Assembly: GCA_963713825.1 (NCBI GenBank)
Contig: CAVQNG010000003.1
Span: forward strand, 1,839,116 to 1,903,115
Source: an uncultured Acidobacteriota bacterium
Lineage (GTDB): Bacteria; Acidobacteriota; Thermoanaerobaculia; Multivoradales; JAHEKO01
Direction: 5' to 3'
Length of the DNA stretch: 64,000 bases
Part shown: positions 57,021-64,000 of the stretch, piece by piece
How positions within the stretch are numbered: position 1 is the first letter of the stretch
Layout of the letters: each line of letters starts with the position of its first letter
The notes under the pieces: generated by a model
What the model saw: only the letters and a program-made list of their open reading frames with translations
Told to the model about the DNA's origin: nothing
Database searches by the model: none
Position numbers and translations under genes: made by a program

Positions 57021-57794
57021 CTAGTCTTCGTGTCCGGTCCTGCGTCGAGAGGAGTCTCGACCGCGAGACCGGTACAACCTCTCGGCCATTTCCGGGTCCA
57101 TGCCACTGGCGACCGCCCGCCGCACTGCCTGTTCGGCGATGTAGGCGTCGGCTTCGGGGTTGTCGAGGATCAGCTCGTGCTCTTCATCGTTCAGCTCGAT
57201 CAACTCTCGGGTTCCGACATCAGGTGGCTCCGGGTCCCAGCCCTCTGTTGGCAAGCCACGCTTGCGGGCGATCTCCTGAGCCTCCGCTTTCGTGACCACC
57301 GAGAGCTTCGTCATCAGCAGAGGGTCGGCCTGGTTGTTGGGGCCTCCCGGCCTGCCCCCTCCGGGAATCTCGTCCGGTGACACCGTGAGGCAACCCAGAA
57401 TGGGCCTCCACCCGGCATGCCAGAGGACCTCGTCGGGCAAGTCGCCGCTCTTGCCTTCCCGGACGCGATAGAGGATGTCGTCTTCCTTTACGTAGTAGAC
57501 CGGCCCGGTGGCCGGCGTGTCGATCGGTTTGTCGACCTTGCGCCTCGCCCTCTGGCGTTTTGCCTCTTCTCGAGCTGCAGCTCGCTCCTCGGGTAAGGTG
57601 TACGAGTAGGCCCCACTGATGGCCAGGTACCCGTGCCGCATGCTCAGGATCAGCTCCTGCGGATCCCCCGTCTCGATCACCTGAACGGTCTTCTCTTCAT
57701 CGTTGGCCGCGGCAGCCTTGGCGAATCGAAGCGCATCCACCCACCCGGCGAACTCCGCCCTCGGCTTCCGGTCGATCTCGACCCGGTATCGCAT
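57021..57794 (-). CDS. Hypothetical protein
   Basis: Strong AAGGAGGTG RBS before ATG 57794; no motif recognised. Confidence 0.6.
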   Translation of the reverse strand: MRYRVEIDRKPRAEFAGWVDALRFAKAAAANDEEKTVQVIETGDPQELILSMRHGYLAISGAYSYTLPEERAAAREEAKRQRARRKVDKPIDTPATGPVYYVKEDDILYRVREGKSGDLPDEVLWHAGWRPILGCLTVSPDEIPGGGRPGGPNNQADPLLMTKLSVVTKAEAQEIARKRGLPTEGWDPEPPDVGTRELIELNDEEHELILDNPEADAYIAEQAVRRAVASGMDPEMAERLYRSRGRDSSRRRTGHED

Positions 57795-57903
57795 CGCCAC
57801 CTCCTTATCTGTCGTTGGGGACTCTTTCCAAAGACAGTGTGACGCGAGGTGCTGTCAGGGGCTGACAGTGATCTAGTAGAGGCTTCCAGCAAGGAGGTGC
57901 TCG

Positions 57904-58218
57904 ATGTCCTTCCCACAAGAACTGCGTGACTTCGTAAGCCGGGAAACGTGGACTTACGCCAAGACGATGCCTGTGTGGCCCCACGAGTACATCGTGCGAG
58001 AGCGGGTCGACGAGGACCTTTTCGTCCAGCTCGTCCAGCACATCCGTGCCAACGGGTATGAAGGCCACTTCTACCGACGCAAGATCACCTACTTCGACGA
58101 AGATGGTCTCACCTACTGGACGATGGGGGCGCCGGTCGAGGAGACCGAAATCGTCAACCGGTGCAAGAAGGAGAACACCTACGAGGTCCGCCTGGCCGAG
58201 GGAAAGCTGCCGGACTAG
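57904..58218 (+). CDS. Small hypothetical protein (WTYAKTMP..PHEY...YWTMG)
   Basis: AAGGAGGTG RBS; aromatic-rich motif. Confidence 0.75.
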   Translation: MSFPQELRDFVSRETWTYAKTMPVWPHEYIVRERVDEDLFVQLVQHIRANGYEGHFYRRKITYFDEDGLTYWTMGAPVEETEIVNRCKKENTYEVRLAEGKLPD

Positions 58219-58328
58219 GGCAGTGATTGAAGCGGCCGGCGCCCCTGCCGGCCGGGGTGGGTGGGGGAATGTAGGGGCGGGGCTTGCTCCCGCCCGCATC
58301 TCGCAGTCGTCTCGCCCTGATTTGCCTC

Positions 58329-58835
58329 TCAGTCCTCGTCCCCGAGCATCTCCTCTATGCCTGCCTTGGCCCAATGGATCCGAGCAGCGGCTCTCTCCAA
58401 TCCGCCCTTCTTGGTCGCCTCGTGCTCGAGATAGCGCCTTCGGGCTGCTGCGCCTCGGTCGAGCCCGTGGCAGGCCGGGCAGGTGAGCGGTAGCTTCAAG
58501 GCTTCCTCCATGGTGCTCTTCGGAAGGATCACCTTCCGACCGCAACCCTCGCAGTAGCGGTACCCGCGCTCGAGGATCAGCTTGCCCAGAGACGGCGGTG
58601 TGCCTCCCTCGCGAAGGGAGTGCTCCCGTTCCTGACGGCAACTCCAGCAAATGAAGTGGCCACCAGCGGTATGGGCCCACAAGGCACCAACGAACCCGCT
58701 GAAGCTCCCGTCCTTGCCGCAAACTTCGCACCACTCTCGCCCACAGACGCCGGCAGGCACGCCGCTGGCCTTCACTTCCATGAGCTCCTGGATCCTTGCT
58801 TCCTTGTTGGACTTGCCACTGTCGTCAGTCGTCAT
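58329..58835 (-). CDS. Hypothetical protein with four CxxC motifs (putative double Zn ribbon)
   Basis: CEVC, CWSC, CEGC, CPAC; AGGAGGAGG RBS. Confidence 0.7.
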   Translation of the reverse strand: MTTDDSGKSNKEARIQELMEVKASGVPAGVCGREWCEVCGKDGSFSGFVGALWAHTAGGHFICWSCRQEREHSLREGGTPPSLGKLILERGYRYCEGCGRKVILPKSTMEEALKLPLTCPACHGLDRGAAARRRYLEHEATKKGGLERAAARIHWAKAGIEEMLGDED

Positions 58836-58915
58836 GATGACCTCCTCCTACTACTCGGTTTCGGGAGGACTCCGCCGGTGAGGCCTTCGAGCAGGGGAGG
58901 GAAGGGCCGCAGATG

Positions 58916-59073
58916 AGAAAACCCGTTCATCCTGCATCAGGAGAACGGGTCGTCGCTGGACACTTCGTTGTCACCCTCTCGGGTGACCGCATCCCCGTGC
59001 TACCGAGAGCCACCTTGGGTGTCCGTCCCAGGTTGGCGGGCCCGGCTCGGGTGCCAGGCCACTCCTGATGCTG
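58916..59073 (-). promoter_or_regulatory. SAM-I/IV-like riboswitch with intrinsic terminator
   Basis: P1 GCAUC/GAUGC; AUCAGGAG; P3 GCCAACC-UGGGACGGACACCCAA-GGUGGC; P5 GUCACCC-GAGA-GGGUGAC; L3 GGACAC pairs with 3' GUGUCC; terminator ACCCGUUC..GAACGGGU-UUUCU; TACAAT -10 upstream. Confidence 0.8.
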
Positions 59074-59289
59074 TGTCTATTGTAGCTGGGGGAGTGTCAA
59101 GGTACGTCAGTGGGTTCTGGCGTGATCCCCCTGTCAGGTCGGCTCATCTCCTCTGTAACACCTTGTAGGTTCTGCCCGACCAAGCAGTTGAGTGGAGTGC
59201 TCTGAAGGAGAGTCCTGACTTGAACGAATATGCCCATTCGGGCTTGATGGATCATGCCGAATAGGGCATAATTATGGAGGCCGAGAGTA

Positions 59290-59619
59290 GTGGGAGTCGA
59301 AAAGGCCCTCGTCATTCTGAGTGGAGAGATCAAAACGCCTCCGCTCTCTATGCCAGCGCGTCGAGAGATCGGCTTCCTGATTCGCAAGCTGCAGCTGGGC
59401 ATCCCTTTGGAGATGCCGGGCTCGCGGCCGATGCCAGCGGTCGGTCGTCGCTGCCACGAATTGCGAGTCAATGATGAAAACAGGACCTGGCGAGTGATCT
59501 ACAGGATCGATGCAAATGCGATTCTTGTCGCAGCCGTATTCAGCAAGAAGACAAACAAGACCCCGAGTCGATTGCTCCAGCAGGCCAAACGACTGCTGTC
59601 ACGTTACGACACAGGGTGA
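59290..59619 (+). CDS. RelE/ParE (Gp49/HigB-like) toxin
   Basis: IKTPPLS; SRPMPAVG.RCHELR; WRVIYR; FSKKTNKTP. Confidence 0.88.
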   Translation: MGVEKALVILSGEIKTPPLSMPARREIGFLIRKLQLGIPLEMPGSRPMPAVGRRCHELRVNDENRTWRVIYRIDANAILVAAVFSKKTNKTPSRLLQQAKRLLSRYDTG

Positions 59620-59637
59620 AGGCAGAGGTAGTTGACG

Positions 59638-59961
59638 ATGCGCCTTGATGCTAGGAAGAGGAAACGAATCGAGAAGATGGGCGGTCGGGTCACCACCGTC
59701 GAAGAATGGCTCGAGCTGTCTCCTGAGGAAGTTGCCATCATCGACATGAAGATTCAGCTCGGTGAGGAGCTCAAGGCGCTCCGCCGCAGCAAGAAGCTCT
59801 CGCAGGAGAAGGCCGCAGAGATCCTCAACACGAGTCAGGGTCGGGTGTCGAAGATGGAAAGAGGGCAGGCCTCCCTCGACCAGCTGGCATGGTCTCTGCT
59901 CGTGATGGGAAAGTCGAGGAAGGCTTTGGCCCGAGCAATCTCGGGCAGTGTGGGGACGTAG
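59638..59961 (+). CDS. XRE-HTH antitoxin (HigA-like)
   Basis: LSQEKAAEILNTSQGRVSKMERG; follows the toxin. Confidence 0.85.
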   Translation: MRLDARKRKRIEKMGGRVTTVEEWLELSPEEVAIIDMKIQLGEELKALRRSKKLSQEKAAEILNTSQGRVSKMERGQASLDQLAWSLLVMGKSRKALARAISGSVGT

Positions 59962-59990
59962 GGGCGGGGCTTGCCCCCGCCCGTGTTGGC

Positions 59991-60063
59991 TCAGCTGCCG
60001 AGCGGGCCGCAGAGGAGCTCGGCCCAGGCGATCGAGGTCATGGACAACTCTCGATCCGCCTCG
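59991..60063 (-). pseudogene. Internal fragment of a vapC gene
   Basis: EADRELSMTSIAWAELLCGPLGS* versus EASRELAMSSIAWAEFLCGPLDS in 49873..50250. Confidence 0.7.
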
Positions 60064-60111
60064 GGGAGCGGGATGCCGCGGCTACGAAGGCGGATTGACC
60101 TGTGAGACATC

Positions 60112-60438
60112 TCAGTGCCCACCAGCCACGAAGTAGCCGTTCTGGCGGAGATAGGCCGCCAGATCGGCCTCGGCCCGGAGGGCGAGCTCGTAGGGCAGGT
60201 TCTCCAGGCCCTCACAGAGCTCCGGCAGGAGTCGAACGCCGAAGTCCCGCACCACCGGGGAAGCCCTGTAGCCTGCCCTGTGGTTCTCGAAGCGTTCCTC
60301 GGGGTCGAGCCCCGTCATTCCCACATAGACACACGGCTTCTCGGGGTCCGCGTCCGGGTTGAGCCGCTGCAGTCGCGCCCTCTCGCGAACGGCCGGGTCG
60401 AGCTCGACGACGTAGACAGAGTGGTGGGGATTTGTCAT
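60112..60438 (-). CDS. Small GIY-YIG-like protein
   Basis: SVYVVEL...CVYVGMT...EERFENH...E. Confidence 0.7.
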   Translation of the reverse strand: MTNPHHSVYVVELDPAVRERARLQRLNPDADPEKPCVYVGMTGLDPEERFENHRAGYRASPVVRDFGVRLLPELCEGLENLPYELALRAEADLAAYLRQNGYFVAGGH

Positions 60439-60721
60439 CTCGCGATTCCAGGTCCTCTACTGCCGCCCGTGGGCCGTGTCCTCGGCGAGAGGTAGCGGAC
60501 CGGGGAGAGACCGGTCCAGATTGTAGCCCTCATGCGCGGCCGTGTTCTCGAGCATCCGGCCCTCCGTCACTCGGAGCGTGAGCTCTCGGACCTGCTGGAT
60601 TCGTTCGGCAGGTTCGCCGGCGCCGAGCGGACTGCAGAGTCAGCCGGTCGAATGGTTGCTGGTAGGCTGGAGCCACGAGATCGAACGAGCGATTGCCGAA
60701 GCATGAGAAGGAGGCACCGCA

Positions 60722-61180
60722 ATGCGTCTACCCAGCCGCACCGAGGAAGAGAACAAGGCCATCGTCCGCAACACGCACGCGGCGCTGGCGAAGGGTGATT
60801 TCGAGAGCTTCAAGGCGGCGATCGGGCCGAACTACGTCCGCCACTGCCAGGCGATGCCGCCGGGGCTGCAGGAGCTCCAAGGGACCGATGAGTTCTTCGC
60901 CTTTCTCGAGGAGTTCGTGGCCGCGGTTCCGGATTGCACCGACACCTTGAGTCAGATGATCGCCGACGGCGATCGGGTCGCCTACGTCTCCACGATGAGC
61001 GGGGTCCAGACAGGGCCGATGGGCGACCTGCCGGCGACCGGCAAGGAGTTCACGTTGGTCAACATCATCATCCAGCGTTTGGAGAACGGCAAGATCGTCG
61101 AAACCTGGGTGAGCTGGGACAACGTGGCTTTCCTTTCCCAACTGGGCCTGATGCCTGAGCCGGGGTCGGGCACGGCCTGA
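60722..61180 (+). CDS. SnoaL-like ester/polyketide cyclase family protein
   Basis: EENKAIVR; IADGDRV; LPATGK; ENGKIVETW; QLG. Confidence 0.85.
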   Translation: MRLPSRTEEENKAIVRNTHAALAKGDFESFKAAIGPNYVRHCQAMPPGLQELQGTDEFFAFLEEFVAAVPDCTDTLSQMIADGDRVAYVSTMSGVQTGPMGDLPATGKEFTLVNIIIQRLENGKIVETWVSWDNVAFLSQLGLMPEPGSGTA

Positions 61181-61300
61181 GGTGAGAGGCAGGCCCAGCC
61201 GCAAAGGTGGGTCCGTGGTTTGCTACACTCGGCCGCTCTGATTTGACAGTTCTAGATAGCGAGCTCGCTCAGGGGAGCGCGCAATAAGAGGAGATCGACC

Positions 61301-62857
61301 TTGAACAAGATCACGCGATCCACCGCAATCCTGTTGGTGCTCACCCTTATCAGCCTGGTGCCCGGCGTAGTTGCCGCCGCCGAGCCCGATGCCGAAACGG
61401 GGCAGATGACCGAAGCGAAGCCCGAATCCCAGGAGCCGGAAGCCCAGTCGTCGTCCACCCAACACCAGGTTCAGATCGACGGCGAGACGGTACGATACAC
61501 CGCCACGGCCGGCTGGCTCATCCTCGAGAACGACAAGGAAGAGCCGATCGCGCGCTTCGGCTACACCGCCTACACCCGAGACGGCGTCGAGGACCGCAGC
61601 CAGCGGCCGATCATGTTCGCCTACAACGGCGGGCCGGGGTCGTCATCGATCTGGCTGCACATGGGGATTCTGGGACCGCAGCGGGTGGTGGTCGAAGACG
61701 AAGGTTACGCGCCGCCGCCGCCGGCCAATCGTGTGGACAACGAATACAGCATCATCGACGTCACCGACCTGGTGATGGTCGACCCGGTCGGTACCGGCTT
61801 CAGCAAGCCGCTGGGCGAAGCCAAGGGTGAGGACTTCTGGGGTGTGGACCAGGACATCCGTTCGGTGGGCTCGTTCATCAAGGAGTACGTCAGCCTCAAC
61901 GGGCGCTGGGCCTCGCCCAAGTACATCCTGGGGGAGAGCTACGGGGGCATCCGCACGGCGGGCCTCGTCTGGCATCTCCAAAGCGTTCACGGAATGAACT
62001 TCAACGGTGTCATTGTTGTGTCGCCGTTTCTCGACATGGGCTCGGGCATCGACGGTGGCGGCATCGACCTGCCGCACGTGCTCTATCTGCCGACCCTGGC
62101 CGCGACGGCCTGGTACCACGATGCGATCCCGAACAAGCCCGATCTCGAGACCTTCCACCGGGAAGTCGAGCGCTTCGCCTATGACGAGTACGCGCCGGCT
62201 CTGTTGAAGGGTTACACCATCGGCCAGGAAGAAAAGGAGGCGGTGGCCGCCAAGCTCGCCGCCTACACCGGGACCTCGAGCGATTACTGGCTGCGCGCCG
62301 ACCTGCGGGTCAGTCACGGGCAATTCCTCCAGGAGCTCAAACGCGACGAGCGCATGATCACCGGCCGGATCGACTCGCGTTTCATCGGTCCGTCGGTCAA
62401 CCCGCTGAGCGAGTCCATGGACTACGACCCGTTCTTTCCCGCCGTAGGACCGGCCTTCACCGCCGCGTTTCTCAACTACATGCACGACGAGCTCGACTTC
62501 GGCCGCGACGAGACCTACCAGATCATGGGTGGCGTTGGCGACTGGGACTGGGAGCATCGGGCCCCCAATTCCCGAGGGTGGGCCGTGCCGTGGGCCAACC
62601 TGCGCGGCGACCTGGCAATGGCGCTGACCATGAACCCGGGTCTCCATCTACTGGTGCAGCAGGGCTACTACGATCTCGCCACCCCGACCCTGGCGACCAA
62701 GCACGACCTCGACCATCTCGACATCACGCCCGAGGCGCGTGAGCGCATCCGGCTCGCACTCTACGAGGCCGGGCACATGATGTACCTGCACGAAGAGTCG
62801 CGGCGAAAGTTTCGCGAGGACCTGGCTCAGTTCGTGCTGGATACCGATCGGCTGTAG
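61301..62857 (+). CDS. Secreted S10-family serine carboxypeptidase
   Basis: NGGPGSSS; DPVGTGFS; GESYGG; GYYDLATP; YEAGHMMY. Confidence 0.92.
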   Translation: MNKITRSTAILLVLTLISLVPGVVAAAEPDAETGQMTEAKPESQEPEAQSSSTQHQVQIDGETVRYTATAGWLILENDKEEPIARFGYTAYTRDGVEDRSQRPIMFAYNGGPGSSSIWLHMGILGPQRVVVEDEGYAPPPPANRVDNEYSIIDVTDLVMVDPVGTGFSKPLGEAKGEDFWGVDQDIRSVGSFIKEYVSLNGRWASPKYILGESYGGIRTAGLVWHLQSVHGMNFNGVIVVSPFLDMGSGIDGGGIDLPHVLYLPTLAATAWYHDAIPNKPDLETFHREVERFAYDEYAPALLKGYTIGQEEKEAVAAKLAAYTGTSSDYWLRADLRVSHGQFLQELKRDERMITGRIDSRFIGPSVNPLSESMDYDPFFPAVGPAFTAAFLNYMHDELDFGRDETYQIMGGVGDWDWEHRAPNSRGWAVPWANLRGDLAMALTMNPGLHLLVQQGYYDLATPTLATKHDLDHLDITPEARERIRLALYEAGHMMYLHEESRRKFREDLAQFVLDTDRL

Positions 62858-63117
62858 GGGAGAGGTCGCGGGTCGCTGATCCGCACCCGAGGAATTGAAG
62901 CGGCCGGCGATGGCACTACATCATCCGCACGCCCGCGAGATTCCGGCGGATGCTCTTCTTGTACTTGTATTTCGGATGGCCGAGGATTAGTGACGTCATG
63001 ACCTTGTTCTCCCATCGGAGCAGCTGTTCGACCATCTCTCACCCCGCTGCCGGATAGTCCCCTCGTTTCAGTGTAGCGCGTGGGGCTACCCGGCCTACTG
63101 AGACTCTTCGCCAGGTC

Positions 63118-63405
63118 TCAGCCGAGCTCGATGTAGAGCTCCTTGTCCAGCGCTTTGGCAGCCCGTTCCAGGGTAAGAAGGGTTACTGAGGGGAAGTCCG
63201 GATCGAGCAAGCGGTTCAGAGCAGAGCGACTCGTGTGCATCCGGCGCGCCATGGCTGCCTTCGTGAGCTTCTGTTCCTTCATCGCCTGGGCAATCTGATA
63301 GGCGAGCACCCGCTTGACCGCCACTGCGGTCGTCTCCTCGAGTACGCCTTGCTCTTCCAGGTACTCCTCGAAGTCACTTCCCAGGTGTCTCTTGTTCAGA
63401 GTCAT
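63118..63405 (-). CDS. XRE-HTH antitoxin
   Basis: HLGSDFEEYL...MARRMHTSRSALNRLLDP...VTLLTL. Confidence 0.85.
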   Translation of the reverse strand: MTLNKRHLGSDFEEYLEEQGVLEETTAVAVKRVLAYQIAQAMKEQKLTKAAMARRMHTSRSALNRLLDPDFPSVTLLTLERAAKALDKELYIELG

Positions 63406-63755
63406 CCTTGTCCTCTCAAGTCTGCAGCACGCCTCTTCGCCAGGTCGAGGTCCTTCTTTGGAATCTTCCTCGATTTCTTGATGAATCCGTGGAGTGGCAC
63501 AAGTGTGTCATCCGCGACCAGGAAAATGACCCTGGCGATACTCGAGCGCAATGAGCTTCTCATCTCCCAGAGCCCGCCGCTCAGACTCCGAACAAGTGGC
63601 ATTCGTACTGGCCATCCGTATTGAACAGTACGGAGATCAGTGCCGATGATCGCCCGTGGCTCCGGGTCCATGTCACGCAGCCAATCTCGTACCGGCTCCC
63701 GGCCGCTCGAAGACCGATAGAACAGGACCCGGAGCCTTGGCTTGGAGTGTACCAT
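63402..63755 (-). CDS. RelE/ParE (Gp49-like) toxin
   Basis: FYRSSSGREPVRDWL; GWPVRMPLVR; GLWEMRS; LHGFIKKS. Confidence 0.88.
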   Translation of the reverse strand: MVHSKPRLRVLFYRSSSGREPVRDWLRDMDPEPRAIIGTDLRTVQYGWPVRMPLVRSLSGGLWEMRSSLRSSIARVIFLVADDTLVPLHGFIKKSRKIPKKDLDLAKRRAADLRGQG

Positions 63756-63924
63756 TTTTGATCCGACTGGTGAGCTCAGTCCAACACCGAGTGAACCGCT
63801 ACTCGATGAACGTTGGAGCAGGTGCCCTCAGTGTCTAAGACGAGAACCACCACACAGGTCTCGCTCGGAGCTCGTGATGTCACCTGCTAGTCGTCGTTCT
63901 CGCCGCTCGAGGTGTGGGAAGCAG

Positions 63925-64000
63925 CCGCCGGTGGAGCCGTTGAGCAGAGGAGAGAAGAGCCGCACGAAAGAAACCCGTTCATCCTGCATCAGGAGAACGG
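63925..64000 (-). promoter_or_regulatory. Terminator/antiterminator end of a second SAM-I/IV-like element, truncated by the window edge
   Basis: AAACCCGTTCATCCTGCATCAGGAGAACGG is identical to 58919-58948, with ~45 nt of further similarity on the downstream side. Confidence 0.65.

Larger units (their letters stand above)
48884..59983 (+). repeat. Further GTAG-type REP copies
   Basis: GTAG(A/G)GGCGGGGCTTGCCCCCGCC variants at 48884, ~53996, 54970, 58271, 59958; also at 34017, 34627 and 43151 outside this span. Confidence 0.75.
48851..62910 (+). repeat. Dispersed family of eight co-oriented TTGAAG-hairpin repeats (consensus TTGAAGCGGCYGGCGCCCCTGCCGGCCG)
   Basis: Copies start at 48851, 49806, 50643, 53853, 54813, 56886, 58227 and 62895 (partial); all intergenic and on the + strand. 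Confidence 0.85.

Noticed and set aside
48851-62910. Integron attC array
   Set aside because: Repeats lack RYYYAAC/GTTRRRY core sites and the long imperfect attC palindrome; genes lie in both orientations; no intI in the window. Kept only as an analogy.
48800-64000. Prophage or ICE
   Set aside because: No integrase, structural, replication or conjugation genes seen.

Overview
GC-rich bacterial DNA. Gene content (four Hanks-type Ser/Thr kinases, secreted repeat proteins ending in a 'F-x-D-G-F-E-S-G-D-x-x-x-W' tail, GTAG-type REP hairpins) suggests an Acidobacteriota/Thermoanaerobaculia-like genome; this is inference. About 1-48 kb carries secreted proteins, hydrolases, an Mla/MCE-type ABC transporter, a YcaQ-SprT-DUF2779 cluster, a PAS histidine kinase with a REC-TrxB fusion, and a His-rich RGPP leader before a TonB-dependent receptor. 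About 48.8-64 kb is an accessory island with six toxin-antitoxin pairs, an orphan antitoxin and gene remnants. It is cut into modules by eight co-oriented TTGAAG-hairpin repeats. Non-coding signals absent from the ORF track include two c-di-GMP-I-like riboswitches, a SAM-I/IV-like riboswitch in front of a non-metabolic 4xCxxC gene (with a second, truncated copy upstream of a RelE/HTH pair at the window edge), a CTAG-flanked MITE, and two parS/NBS-like palindromes. No rRNA, tRNA, CRISPR array, integrase or transposase was recognised. All family calls come from reading motifs by eye; no database search was run.
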